Assembly (NCBI GenBank): GCA_964247055.1
Contig: OZ176057.1
Coordinates: 2,666,001-2,730,000 of the forward strand
Reading direction: 5' to 3'
DNA from: Paragordius varius
Taxonomy: Eukaryota; Animalia; Nematomorpha
Length of the DNA: 64,000 nt
Shown: positions 26,909 through 41,918 of the stretch, piece after piece
Layout of the letters: each line of letters starts with the position of its first letter
How positions within the stretch are numbered: the stretch's first letter is position 1
Notes under the pieces: model-generated
What the model was told of the DNA's origin: nothing
The model's database searches: none
The model's input: the letters and a program-made list of their open reading frames with translations, nothing else
Made by a program: the position numbers and the translations under genes

Positions 26909-29900
26909 TATTATTATATTATTGCAGTGTGTGAGTAAGTATGTTAGTTTTTCATTAATTATGGATTGCAAGGGGAAATATTATTGACTTAAAGTTGTTA
27001 TTTTTGCTTTTTATTACTATAAGCTAATAATTTTCTTCGCTGTATATGCTATCTCGTAATATTAAATCAAAAACTAACTATGTTTATTTACTCATCTGAG
27101 AGGGAAATAGAAATACATTATTATGCATTTTAATGGTTGCTTTTTTCTCACAAAAGTAGGCAATTTGCAACACAGTGGTGTACAGAAAAAACAACAAATT
27201 TTTTTATAAGCAATTTTTTCCTTTTTTACATTACCTTGTTAATCTTATTCAATATTTTGTTGTTGTTTCTTAACTTTGTTGCAAATCGCCCAAATATAAT
27301 GTGAAATAGACATCTCAAATGCATACTGTTAACGAAAAATTTTAATTTTTTTATTTTGGCCTATCACGCATAAACTAATTAGATTGAGGGATTGTACAAT
27401 AAACTTTTAGTAATTATAACTTAAAAACGAACACTATAAACAAAAAAATGTATATTACGGGATAGATAGGTTATAATGAAATCTTAATATAAATAAAGAG
27501 GGATCTTACTAGACGAGAAGTTTTGAATTAATTCTTATATCTGCCTGCTCCTATCATTCGAAATACAATTTAAAACTTCAGATACATATAAAAATAGTCA
27601 ATTATTCATATTTTTAGAGTGTTATATAGCGGAAAATACTGTATCTGAATATATTTATTAACAATGAATGTTGTGAAAATGCAAATAATTTTCTATAATC
27701 ATAAACTGCAAGTTTCTATTTTTTAAAAGAGAATTTTTTTATTTTTTGTTTTAGGGAAGACATTAATTTGTCCTTATCTAACCATCATATGTTCCTGTAA
27801 CAAATATCAAAGGATATATTAATTGACCGTTTAGGATAATCACGAAATATAATATTTTTACATTTTTTTTACATTTTATGATATGTTTTCAAGGGGGTCC
27901 GCTTAAAACTCCAAAAAATTTAATTATATCAATGTGAGTTTTAAGTTTTTTGGGTTCTTAATACATTTTAATTCTGTAAATTTAATTAAAAAAAGAAAAA
28001 TAGAGTAGACTACAGATTTTCGACCTAATGAGTTAAATACATTTAAATAGGTGGCACATATACTTTACTTTATAAGTCCATGACTTTTGGAAATGGCATC
28101 GTCAAATACGGACATTTTTGACAAATATGAATATTTTTTTAAATCGAATCTAATTACAGTTCAAATTAATTATTAGCATGTGAGACTAAATTAAGAAATT
28201 CTATGTTTTGAAAGTTAAAATTATTAGGTTAAATAAAAAATTTTAAAGGTTTCTGTATGGATTGATTTAGGCAAACCCAATTAGTGTGTTAAAATAATAC
28301 ATAATCTATATTTAACACAGGAAACATGATATTTACGGTCAAAATTGAAATTATACTACGGACAAAACGTAAAAATATAAAGACAAATATTTTTTCTAAA
28401 AGACAACCATACTTTTTAGATTTTGATGTTTTCAAAGTAACTCATTGTTTTAAACTGCAAAGTATGAAATTGATGTGTATATGGTAAAACAATCAATTAT
28501 ATATATTTTAGATTTTAGTTATACAATTTATGTGAAAAAAATGAAAGGTTAAAAAGGTATTGAAAAAAAAAGATATTTGTGTTTATATTTTAACGTTTTG
28601 TCCGTAAAATCTTAATTATAATGATAACGCCTTCATAATGATATTCTGAAAAGATTTTCATAGATAAAGTTGATCCTTACTTTTTGGGCACATTTTAAAG
28701 GGCTCATATTGAACTTAAATATATTTTAAGATAATGAAACTAAAAAATAAATTAATTCTTTGAATATATCGTAGATTTCAAATTTTAGGGGTGCCTATGT
28801 GCGTTTTGGAAAGTAGTTTTTAGATACAGTTGATAACGCTGATTTTTTGAATAAAAATTATAGGAGATCTAGCGCGCCTTATAAAAGATATAAATGCAAA
28901 CAAACAAAGGATAAAAACAACTTTCACAGTATTTTAGTCTAATATTTCTTGATTTTATACGAATATTTATCTTTTTATAAATAAATATACTAAAACAGTA
29001 AAAGTAACTTAAAAATTAAATTTTTGATATTCCTTTTGACTTTGCTATATAATATAATAGGAATCAGGTAGTTTTATTTTTGAAGTATCCTCAATTTCAA
29101 AATGTTAAAAAGCTTGTAAGTGTCAAAACATATTTGAATGCAAACTTACATATAAATTATCAATTTTAATTTAAGCTACGCAATCATTTGTATACCTAAG
29201 AAATTTGAAGAGTTTATTATAATGTGACCAGATATTTTTAACTTGGACGCAGTACAAAATTAAAACATACTTTGCCTGTTTTTACACCATCAGTGTGGTA
29301 TATTACAAAGTTTCAACAAAAAAATATTTTATCAGGATTATCATGGCGCTTTTAACCTTTACGAGTTATTAAAGTACACTTTTGTGGTAGGTGCTCCGTA
29401 TAAAATTGCAAAAGGTGAGGAATTTTTTTATATATATTTTTTGGTGAAAGCCAAGTGCTTTATTTCAAAAAATATCACTAAAATATATAAACCATATATA
29501 AAAAGCAAAACTATATTAAAAATTTTAAAATTGTTGAATGTAAGCTCTGAAAATCCCAAATTTTTTGGCTTTTTTAAAATGGACTGTTCTCTCAAAGAAA
29601 ACGCAATAATTCCGACATTGTGCAATAATTATAAATATAAGCTAAATTTTGTATCTATATTTTTAAAAAAAATGCATACTCTATTTCTTAACAAATTTTG
29701 TTGAAGCGTACTTCATACTATTTTCAGCATGATAGAAACGATATAAACGGTTTAAGACTTTATATATATATATATATATATTTCGATAATGCTATACGTT
29801 TTCCTCACTCAGAATTATTGTGTTTTACAAAAATTCACCAAAATATGCAAGAAGCAAACCTTTAAATTACCTATAGTAATGTTCAACATCATCGAATTAT

Positions 29901-32900
29901 TTAGAAAAAGGGCACCGTTTCCATCATTCTTTAAAATAGTTTGAAGTACGCTTCAACAAAGTATCTCAAATTTGTTTATGCAAAAATAAGAAAACTAATA
30001 AAAATTAAAGTTTAGGAAAAAAATTAAGAAATATCATACCCCCCACCTAATTAGTATTGAAAACGTATAAAACTCAATTTTTTAATACGAAAACAGGTTA
30101 TTTCAAAATCATATGCCATATATAATAAATTTTGAATTATATGTTACGGGAATACAATTTTTTATATAATTTCCCATTTGATAATTTTAACAAAAAATGA
30201 ACTTTTTTAACCTGATTAAACATTTATTAAATTATCATAAATTAATTTTATTAATATTAAATTTTGAGGCCTCTTTTTGCGGAAGCCCTGAGTGAAAAAG
30301 CCTTTAGCCTGAATCTTACGGTGGAGTGGGAGATTTATAGTTTCACCAACGAAAAGCTGCAATCCTAAGCGGTTTGACCGATCCAAAACCCAATATGTAT
30401 AATTCGAGCAGAAAATAAAATATTAACCAATTAAAAATAGGCCAATCTTAGTTTTTACCGTAAAATGAACCATTTCTTTACAAAATATGGGGTTATTTTT
30501 ACAGAGGGTACTATATTAAATTCTAAAATATTTTTTTCAAATAAAAGGTAATTAATGAATATTTTTATAAAATTAAATTTTTTCAATTTCAAAACAGTAC
30601 AAAAGTGGGCGCAGTACAGGCGCAGTTTTTTCTGAAAACCCAGTACTGTACTGCGAAAAACAGCCTATCTGGTCACATTAGTTTATTACGAATTGAAAAA
30701 TTAACGTAATTTTTTACATCTTTCCATAGTTTAAACAAAAACGATATTTTGAATAAATTTCAACTGTTTGGAGCTATCCCAATGTATTAATATATAATAA
30801 AATTATATGCGTTTTACATTTTAACCAAAAAAGTTATAGGCAATGTTTTATATCCAATTTTTTTAGGATTCTGACGCTATCTAAACATTTTTCTGAAACT
30901 TACAAATTGTACTCCTAAAAGGCATGTTATATAAATATATATATTAAAATTTTTTTATAAATAATTAATATCATCTGATCTAAATGATATTATATTGGGT
31001 TTAATTAGCTAAATAATTGAATCAAAGGTTTATGTGCAGAATTTTATAACCCAAATATTTTATATTATCAAGGTCGTAAACGAAAAAATATTAAGGCCAA
31101 AACATTTAAAGGCTGTTAAAATTATATTTTTTTTAATGAAATAATTTTTATGTAGAAATTATCAAAATGTTGAAGTTTTTATTAAAAAGATATATAAAGT
31201 AATAATTGATATTTAAGGGCAAAACGTAAAAATATAAAGACAAATATTTTTTACTAAAGGACAACCATATGTTTTAAATCTTACATTTTTTACATAATAA
31301 CTCATTGTTTGTTATCGCAAAGTATGAAATAAAGATATAGTATAGTTTTCTTTTGTAAAAAAATATTTATCTTTATATTTTTATGTTTTGTCCGTATAAT
31401 TTCAATTTTTACTGTAATTTCATCCGCAAATAATTAAACTTTACAGTAACAATTATCAGATTAATTATTTTGTCATTGTGATCATTTGACATATTCATAA
31501 AATAACTATAAACCATTCTCTGCTGAGCATTGCACTGAAATTCCAAATTTACCAAAATTTTCAATAAGTTTTCTAAAAAAGATGCGAATTAATATATAAT
31601 TAATTTTAAAAATGATATATATATATATTATTTTAAAGAATCATTAAGGATATCTGGATACATTACAAAAGACACAGAAGGATTTAATCTTTTAATTGTT
31701 TAATTTGACATATAATATAGCAACCATATTTTTTTAAATTTTACTAATTTAAAAAAGTACTCTGAATTTTTAAGACCCTTTGAATAAAAATGTAATCATC
31801 AGTTAATGTTGAGTGGAAATTTCAGCATTGGGGAATTAATATTTTTACGTGTAATAATATTTTTTCCGTTTTTTATTTCTGCTTTTTTAAACAAATACAG
31901 TTAAAAGCTTTTGATTTACTCATTTTTATATAAAAATTATATTATTACTTTATTAAATATTAAAATATTGTCTAATGTTTTCTGAAATCTGATATGTGTG
32001 TTCATAGGAGCTCACAATAAAATTCTGTTTTCTATTAAAAGATTTTTAAATATTATTTATAAATATTTTTATTTTAAAAAAAAACTTCATTTTACACCTT
32101 GTTAAAAAATATTTTTTTTATTTTTTTTTTAATTTTTTTTGTTAAAAAAAGAAAAAATGCTTTCCGTTCGACAAGTTTGATTGCGGTGAAAAGCTGAACA
32201 AACATAAATATGTTTAATAAAAAAATTAAAGCAATTAATTATATAATATGCATAATATATATATATATATAATTGTTATATTTTTTTACAATTCAAAAAT
32301 AAATATTCAATATATTATAAATTATTGAATGATTGTGCTTTATAGTCAAAAAATAATGTTTAATGTTAACCAAATTAGTATTGAAAAAAAAACTATGTAT
32401 ATTTTATTGATTTGTATGTTATTGATTAAATTTGATATTGAAAATCGCGGAGAATATTTTCTGTTAAAATAAATTATATAAAAAATGTTTTCAAAAACAG
32501 AAAATAATATTTATGCGTAATAATAAAACTTAAAAAGATACTAAAACACACTTGATATAAGCATATATATATAGAGTAAACTAAACAATTTATAATTTTT
32601 TTGTGTTCATCAACTTAATTAATTAATTATCTAAACCAATTTTTTATTTTTTTTGAAAAAAATTAAAAATATTCTTTTTGGCAAGACCCATAATATTCGA
32701 CACTAAAATCAAACAAAATATTGGCCCAACCAACCCTCCCTCCTCACACATTACTTACTAAACTTACATATATATCATAATAAATCAATATTGAGATCAA
32801 TAATAATATAAAAAAGAAATATATAATTTCTGTCATTTATTATATTGAAAATTTGCATTCAAATTACTGGGAAATTTTGACAAAAATAGATTTTTTTCAC

Positions 32901-33957
32901 AGATACATAATATTCGAGAATCATAGGATAATTAATCCCTTTGATATTCCGTTTTTTGTTGGGTAAGTCTTGGTTTGGGGTTAATTTTTCGATTTTCTTT
33001 TTTTGATTTTCTTTTTTGATAATTGATAAAATTTGTTTTGAAATTTATTTTATTTAATATTTTACCTAGAAAAATAATTAATAATTAAGATAGATAAATT
33101 GCAACATATATTTGTACAAAGCGTCTTTAAAGGGTGTGTTTAAATATATCCAACAAACTAATTGGTATTCAACGCGTGTTTGATTTAAAAAAATGTAAGT
33201 TACAACTATAAAATTACGATAATTTTATTTTTTGAAATTCGAGTCTACACCAATTATGAAAAATATCATTTTTGCGCCCTAAATTTATTTTTGGACCTTA
33301 AATGTTTTTGGGTTTTTGAACTTTTTAATCATATATTGACCAAATCAGCGATATTTATTTTAGAAAAATATATAAAACAGTTTTATTTAACCTCTGTAAC
33401 TAACAAAAAAATTCAAAACAAACTCGATTTTCCAATCTTTGCATTTTACAATATACCAACTATATATTTGACATTTTAATATTTTACCATCAGCACTTCA
33501 AATAAGTCCATCGCTTGTGTAAAAAAGAAATATTAAGACAAACTTATTCTTGCCTAATTTTTGTTGAACTAGCCTAAAAGTTTACCATTGTAGTTGAGTG
33601 CGCTATCAATTTAAATTATTCCATATTATTGTTAGAAACAAAAACGATAGCTCAAATATGTAAAAATTAGCTTTCGTTTAAACGTTAAAATATGTTATTA
33701 ATTTTTGTCACCTTATATAACTTGGACACCACTGTCCAAACCTTTTACATTTTTATTAATTTTTTGCAATACGATATCTATAAAAACTATTTATATTGTT
33801 GTGTGGACAGAACGATCGATTAGTAACGAGTACAAACCTTGCTGGAATACAACCAGGAGCCCCCATAACCAAAGCAGAAGAAGAGGCCTTACTCAGGGAA
33901 CGTTTAAATCCTTCACCTTCGCAACTTAAATCATCTTACGGCGTTAGAGGCGGACCT

Positions 33958-36900
33958 ATGGAAATCGAAGAACGTCGCGTAGTTCGCCCGGCTCCAACCG
34001 GTTCAATTTTCATTTTATTTTGATTTGATTTATTAATTTATTATTTTACTTTTATAAAGGTGTGATGGTAAAATAAGTAGGCGCTGGACTTTTACGCTGC
34101 GTGCCAGAGTTCGAACCCTAAACTATGCAATTTTCCATTATCTCACTGTGAGTCCTGAGCAGGCAGGCAGACGAGTGTTAAAGCCTTCACATGTCCGGAT
34201 ACAATTTGGGTTCTTACCCTTTAATTAAAAAAGGAAAAAGGAGATCCTAAACTGTATAATTTATTTTGCTTGTAAAACGAGAATTAAATATATACAGACC
34301 TAACGTAAAAAAATAAAGAGACAAACATATTTTTTTCACAACGCTGCTGTACTTTTTTGTACTTGATTGTTTTACTTTGAAAAGTATGTTGGTACAGTCA
34401 TGTGTCCCTTTATTTTATCAAAAATTTATTTTTTTTCGTTAAATGGGTATAAATATTTGGTAAAGAATAGAAAAAATCAGAGCTATATGGTATTAACTAG
34501 ATCACATTCATTAAAAAGTATAAAAATTACCATAGAGCTCTTGTTTTTTCCATTCTTTACCAAATATTTATACCCTAACAAAAAAAAAATTTAATAAAAT
34601 AAAGGAACATGACTGTAAAACAGAAAATAAATAAAATCTATACCCATGTAACGTAAAAACATAAAGGGACAATTATGTGTTTTTTTGATTAACTGCTGTA
34701 ATTTATTAAACCATATTTTTTTTTAATTTTAGAGGGTATGAAATCGAGAATTAAATTGGTAACACTATTAATTATAGATATTCAAAAATTGTAATAAATA
34801 ATTTATATAGGAAATATCCAGGAAGATAGGTTATATGGTAGTTTTTTGAATAAAAATATTTTCCTTTATGTTTTTACTTTTTACGTTGTAACTGTATAAA
34901 ATTATTTCTTACTGTATATTCGATTATAATTTACTTAGATTTAAATTTTAGCCTTTTTAGTTCTTTAACGCGTTTGGTTTAAATACTGTCTGGTTTTTCG
35001 CCGAAAAGAAATTTTATGGATGTTAAAGGCCAAAAATAGGAAATTATTTATTGTATAGGCGGTAAAAAAGGGGCCAGTAAAAAGTAATTTTAATGAAAGA
35101 AATCGGATCTTAAAAATTGATTAATTAATTACCAGCGTATTTAGAATCTTTAAGTTTGGCCTAAAAGCAAATTTTTGAAATTACTAACAGTTATGTCGAA
35201 ATTAAAAATACTCTTTCCTCTTTAGTCCCTAGCATATTTTTTCTTTGTAATTTTTAATAAATATTATTAGTCTGTTTTTTATAAAATTTTTGAAATTTTT
35301 ATACGAGTGTTATTTGATTTTAGCGAAAACAATACCTTACAACACTTGAATGAATCATCCTTTTTTGTCTTTTTTTTCTTATTACCTCTTTAATTCAAAT
35401 AAAAAACACCTTTCTCACAACAAAAGCAAATAATTTTTATATATTGATGACATTTGTAGTTTTTGTAACAAAGGAGAGGTCTAGGGGCTAGATTGTAACA
35501 AATGTTTATTTGTTTGGGCAAATATTTTCTTTTATGAATTAATATTTAGGCTTTAAAAATTATATATTATTTGACTGATTGGTTTAAATTATTACATTAT
35601 AAATCATATTTAATAAAATCGACCCCACATATTTTAAAATTTTTATTAGCATATATAATATGTTAGAATCTATAAATTTTTAACTGCTACTGAAACAAAG
35701 TTAATATTCTTGGAGCTATAGTAATTGCGAACCCAATACCTAACCTTGTGCAAAAATAAATACAGTTAAAATTTAAATTGGACGGACAAAACGTAAAAAT
35801 ACAATAACAAATGTTTTTTTTCAAAAGACAATCACACTTTTTTAAACCTTAATTTTTCAGATAATTTGATTACAATCATAAAATATGTAATTTCTTACAT
35901 TTACATATCTATTATATAAATTTACAATTTTAAACAATAATTAATTTTTAAAATATCAGGGGTAAACGGTATGATGTCTTTTGGACAAATCTTTTTATTT
36001 TTACGTTTTGTACGTAATATCAATTTCTGTAACTTTACGGTTTGGACTTCTGTTTTATTGTTAAATTTTACAACAAATTTATATATGGGGCGTAATAATG
36101 ATATTTTTTTAGGCGTTATGGATGTTTGGGTGAAACCTTTGTTAGCAGAATTTTTGGCAACCATGGTTTTCGTTTTTATCGGATGTTGTCAAATGATGAG
36201 CCGAGATATATCTGCCGCGGCGTTTGCCCATGGCCTTACCATAGCTGTACTAGTAGCTAGTCTTGCTGATATAAGGTAAAATACCCAAATTTATAAATTA
36301 CACTTGCTGCGTATGATATGAAAAAAAAGATTGCCCATAATTAACAAAATTGATGATAAAAAAGTTGAGTAATCGCTAATATTTGTGCTGATTTACCATA
36401 CGCTACTGTATAAAACTGAAAATGGTTTATTGTATACATTTCGGCCGTAAACGGTATACAAGCGAAATAAAAGCAATTAAAAATGCAAATGGTCATTTAG
36501 ATTATAGTACTTAAATCAAAACTTCCAATATTTTACACCAATTTGTTAAATAATTAATCTTATTTACTATAAAAATGTATAATTTTAGTTGCGTTTGTAT
36601 GTAAATTTTACAAAGTTCACATGCGTTGCCCAAACGATTAAGTTTTTTATTTTTTAAATTTGTTTTTTCAATACGTTAAATTTATCTTGCCCAATACACC
36701 TTTTAAAATCTTTTACAAAGTTCGATCATGCAATATATTAATTATTAATTGTATTAAATAGGTCCGTCCACAAAAGTTAAAAATTATTTTATTTGTTAGA
36801 TAAATGTTCACGCCTTTTTTACCATTTTTTTTGAATATAATAAAATTCATTTTAAGTGCATGGTTAATATTATTTAATTTTGTGACAGATGTCCTTACCT

Positions 36901-39900
36901 TCTCCCTTCTTTGAAAGATAACGCAAAATGCACAATAAAATTTTTATCTTATAGGTTTCACAATCAAAAATCAATACAATAATTTATTGTTCGTTTTATT
37001 ATACGATAAATGGCTATATACAATTTATCACATCATCTCTAAACAATTTTTTTTCCGTTTTTAACATTAATTACTTCTAATGTTAACCAAAAAAGTATGC
37101 GTAGAATTAAAGAAAAAAAAGCTAATATATAATATAAGAGCGCATACTAAGTCTTCCTTGGCCTTTTCATTATTATATAATAATTGCAGATAAACTTATT
37201 TTCCAATCTGATATCGCCTACGCTTCGTTTTTTGTATCTATATCATGAAATTTTTATCGCGTCCTTTGGATGAAAAAACAATCGATAGATAGATAATTAA
37301 ACATATTTTTTTGCAAAACTACATTTTGTGTGTTTGTAATCTGAAAATGATAACCATAAAAAGTGTATCGAAACACTTGTATAAACACTAATAATTAACA
37401 AGTGAGAAAATAGGTCTGTTCGTAAAAAATAACCCAAAAATTTTATGGTAAATATTTCAAACGATAGAAGTTAAATTTTATTAATGTTTTAACTTGCGAA
37501 ACTTTTATAAACTTTAGGTTATAAAAAAACTTATTAAAATATGCATGCTCTGAAATAATTATATGTAAACAACTGTCATTTTACCTAATTAAGTTGTTTT
37601 ATGATATTCATGTAACTTGTGGGTTTGCTTATAAAGATTTAAAGGTAAATCATAAATTTAAGCAATGTGTCGTAGGTAGGAAAAAATTTACATTCAATAT
37701 TTAACATTTAGATTTTTTTGTCTCCATATTAAATAAATAAACTAAAATTCTTCACCAGGGGTGTCCAATACTAATGGCTTCGCGGGCCGCATGGGCATAT
37801 AGAAATATTTTATTAAACCTTGAACGTGGGACTGTAAAATATAAGCTCAATAAACAAATTCTTTTATTCCGTTGCAAATTGGTTAAACTTATTCATTAGA
37901 ATTGTTTAAGGAATATCGATTTTACAAATATTTTTTGCAATGCATATATTTTCAAATTTTACGCGGGCCTAATGTTGACACCTTTGATCTTATTTTCGAT
38001 ATTCACTTCATATTAACAGAAATTCAAACATCATTTCAAAAACTTGATTTCTTTAAAAGCTAATATAAATTTTTTTATAAAATTTTAAAACATTGTTTGA
38101 ATTTTGCATTTCAGTGGTGGACACATAAACCCGGCCGTGACATTGGGTGTCATCATAGGAGGCGGAATTAGTTTAGTTAAAGGAGCTCTTTACATCATTT
38201 GTCAAATGTTGGGCGCTATCGTGGGAGCCTCCATGTTTTTGGTAAGTAATTTCTAAATATTTATATTTATATACCATTTACAGTTCAAATTCACCCCTGA
38301 ACAATTCAAATTCACCCTTTAACAATTTAAATTTACCCTTGAACAATTCAAATTCACCCTAAAAATATATTTTGTGGTTTTGAACTGATATAACTCATTA
38401 TTATTAATATGAAATATATCTTTATGGAATATTTTATTGTTTTTTCAGTATTTATTATTTTAGTTTAAAACAAAATTTTTATTTTTTAAAAATATATAAT
38501 AATATAGGTAATTTTTAAAATTAAATAACATATATTATATGCGAGGGTGAATTTGAATTGTTCAAGGGTGAATTTATATTGTTTTAGAGTCAGTTTGAAT
38601 TGTAAATGGTATAGTAGAAAATGTTTTGAGGTACAAAATTACGCAATCGAGAAAAGAAATATTTTGATAAGCTAAGTCAATTAATTTATTTGTTCTATAG
38701 TTGTCGAGATATAACCGGTTTTGGGCGAAAAAAAGTTAAATAAAATCAGATGTGTTAATATAAGGTTAGACCGATTTTAAATATATGTATTTATATCATA
38801 AGTAAGTTTTTAATGATTAATTTATTTTCTATATTCTGTAAAATGTTTTTTTTTCTAAATGCGTTCTTTATTTTGGAGCTACTAATATTTTTTTAGGTAT
38901 TTATGATATTCACTTGTTTTTTTGTCAAACAATAGTTGCCACATTTTTATTCGAAACAATTAAATATCCTTTTTTATTATAAATAACAAACTTGATAAAT
39001 TAGGGTTAATATAACTAGGATTTTACTAATGGTAGATAGCATTCACAATCTAGAGAAAGATTATTATCATAAAATTTTTTTTCCTGCAAATTTTTATGTA
39101 AAGCTAACCATACAATTTACTCTTGTAGTATAATGGTTAAATAATCATGATGAATACAGTATGAATTAGTATACATTGCTAGTTTTTTATAAATTGTCGT
39201 CAGTTAACATATTCAGAAAAGGGCAAAATTTTTGCCTATTTTTTTAACTTTTTACCATTGTTAGGCAATAAAAATGCTCTTCTCTGTAAATCCTATCAGA
39301 TTATATTTATTTATAAAAAAATAATGTAACTTTACTATATCATTTGCAATTCAAATTCACCCTTGAACAATTCAAATTCACCCTAAAAATAAATTGTGTG
39401 TTTTCGAGCCAATATAACTCTTCATAATTAAAAAATATATTGTTATGGCATATTTTATAATTTTTTCAGTATTATATTTATTTTAAACGTAATTTCATCA
39501 TTTTTCAAAAATATAAAAAAATATAGGTATATACTTAAAAAACACATAATTATTTAAGGGTGAATTTGAATCGCTGAGGGTGAATTTGAATTGTTTAAGG
39601 CTGAATTTGAATTGTTTAAGGGTTACTGATACTGATACCATGCCTAAAAATATGATCAAATATGTTGTAGGGCGGTGTTGGTATGGACAATTATAAACGG
39701 CTTTTGGGTGGAATGACGCTGTATAATGCAAGTCCGGGTGGTATTTTACAAGGTCAAGCCTTTCTGTGCGAGGTCGTTTTTACCGGATTACTCGTTTTTG
39801 TAGTTTTAATGTTGGCTTTGGATCACGGGGGTCGGAACCCTGTAACTGCCCTCTACATTGGATTGTCCATTACGGCGTGCATTTATGCTGGGTAAAATAT

Positions 39901-41146
39901 TTTTCCCCTTAAACACATTAAATATTTTCACCAATTTACAGTAAAAAACGTAAAAATACTTAAAGACAAATATTTTCTTTGCTTTTAAAGGATCCCTGTG
40001 GTAATTTTTTTAATATACTCATTTGTTATTGCAGTTATGAAATAGAAATGTATATTGGCTCACAATAAATCATATGCTTTACTTGTAATTAAATTTATAT
40101 TTATATAGGAAAAATAAGGGTAAAAAGTGTCGTTATCTTTGGAAAAAAAATATTTGTCTTTATGTTTTTACGATTTTTCCGTATAATATCAATTTTTACT
40201 GTATTTAATGGAGTTTGTTTAATTACCTACAATTTTCATGTATAAGTCACATATAAAACCAATATATACGAGTTTCTTGCCCAAACAAATATTAAATTTA
40301 TGTTTAGTTTATTGCAAAACATTCCTAGTGATTTCAAACTAATTTATTTTACATTTCTTAATTATATATATCGTTAAATAGAGGAAATATTTCGGGAGCT
40401 TCGCTTAACCCTGCGCGTACTTTTGGTCCTGGAGTCTTATTTGCTATAGCGGGCCGTCATAACTGGTATGGACAATGGGTTTACTACGTAGGTCCTTTCT
40501 TGGGCGCTGCCATCGCTGGTCTATTGTATCGGTACATATTTTATTTTAAAGTACTTTACAATTTTTGGGGTTGGGCCTAACAAGTTAAAACAGCTTTGCG
40601 ACCAATAAGCTAAAATTCGAATTATAACGGAAAAACGTCAAAACTACATTTTTTATAAGGAAAAATCAGGGGATCTAACCTTTCTTCATAAAAGCATACT
40701 TTTGAATATTGATTTTTATGCTAATATTATCTGACGTTTTGATTGCGAAATAGGAAATTATGTAAATTGGTTTCACATAAGGGGAATTCATAATTATTTA
40801 GGATGTATAAAAAATTGCATAAAAATTTCTAAATTTAAATCCTTTCTTTATTCTTGACGTTTTGTTGTCTGTTTAATTTTTTTTATATAATAAAAATATT
40901 TTTTTTTAAAAAAAATGTTTTGTTTTGCTTAAATAAAATCTCACTCATCTTAAAATTAATTTTATGGTTAACAATTTATTTTGTTTTTACCAGTCAATTT
41001 ACTATTGTATTATTAATTAAATGGTTATAATAGTGATTGCAGATAAACTCTGTTATATAATAAATCAGATCATGTAAGATTTTTTTGGTTTATTTTAAAA
41101 TTATTTTTTATTGTATAGTTTTGTATTCCGTACCCGGGAAGTTTAA
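33958..41146 (+). CDS. AQP8: Aquaporin (MIP family), AQP8/TIP-like, 243 aa from ATG 33958 (N-terminus possibly longer)
   Basis: Exons 33958-34000, 36113-36275 ([22 protein letters not shown]), 38115-38241 ([10 protein letters not shown]), 39671-39891, 40382-40531 ([19 protein letters not shown]), 41119-41146 (TAA). 732 nt, phases consistent, both NPA boxes intact. AQP8-like assignment rests on the H/I/A/R filter residues. Confidence 0.95.
34059..34235 (+). mobile_element. tRNA-derived SINE-like element in aquaporin intron 1
   Basis: tRNA-like head with an A-box-like segment and B box gagttcgaacc (34107-34117), followed by a non-tRNA GC-richer body; no clean cloverleaf evident. Confidence 0.55.
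34395..34615. mobile_element. MITE family E (long TIR, TA TSD)
   Basis: TA|cagtcatgt..acatgactg|TA with ~100 bp inverted arms; second copy at 60211-60449. Confidence 0.9.
38272..38612. mobile_element. MITE family A copy
   Basis: taccatttacagttcaaattcaccc..gaattgtaaatggta; both termini present. Confidence 0.9.
39338..39622. mobile_element. MITE family A copy
   Basis: tatcatttgcaattcaaattcaccc, core, 21-mers; right terminus missing. Confidence 0.85.
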
Positions 41147-41255
41147 TAGTCGGAAATATCAACAATGTGCAAAGAACATATTTTTTTAATTTATAAATAT
41201 GTGTTTATGCAACTATCTGTAACATGTGTAAAATTAATTAGTTTTTATTTTAGAA

Positions 41256-41286
<31 letters not shown>

Positions 41287-41718
41287 TTACAATTTAAAAA
41301 TTTATTATAATAATACATAAATGTATACCAAAAATATATGTATAAATATATTATATGCTCTTTATAATATTTATCATACAATAACAAGAAAGGACTTTTA
41401 GATTTATTGCTTAAGTTTTATCTTTTTTAATTACAGAACATTACCTCTGCAGTCCAATTTTTATTATCTTTTGCCCCCATTGATTATATATTTTATTTTC
41501 CGAACTATTTCGAATTGTTAATAAATAAATGAAACTAAATTTATAGTTTGTTTCATAACTATATTGCATTATTTTATTTAGGAATTTAATTTTGTACACA
41601 TGGTCACTTTTTCGAATAAAAATAGACATCTGGAATCATTTATACCGTGATTTGGAAAGCATAATATTTATTTGATTTTCTCTAAGGAGCTCTTTTTTCA
41701 AACAATTAAACTATGTTT

Positions 41719-41918
41719 NNNNNNNNNNNNNNNNNNNNNNNNNNNNNNNNNNNNNNNNNNNNNNNNNNNNNNNNNNNNNNNNNNNNNNNNNNNNNNNNNN
41801 NNNNNNNNNNNNNNNNNNNNNNNNNNNNNNNNNNNNNNNNNNNNNNNNNNNNNNNNNNNNNNNNNNNNNNNNNNNNNNNNNNNNNNNNNNNNNNNNNNNN
41901 NNNNNNNNNNNNNNNNNN
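41719..41918. other. Assembly gap (200 N)
   Basis: Run of exactly 200 N; the true distance is unknown. Confidence 0.99.

Noticed and set aside
17100-33700. Additional gene or exons in the 16.6 kb spacer
   Set aside because: The GC-richer islands are transposon fragments or lack phase-consistent splice sites and recognisable protein motifs. A short 5' exon of the aquaporin cannot be excluded.
34059-34125. Functional tRNA gene
   Set aside because: A B box is present but I could not fold an acceptor stem or anticodon arm; treated as a SINE head. tRNAscan-SE would settle it.
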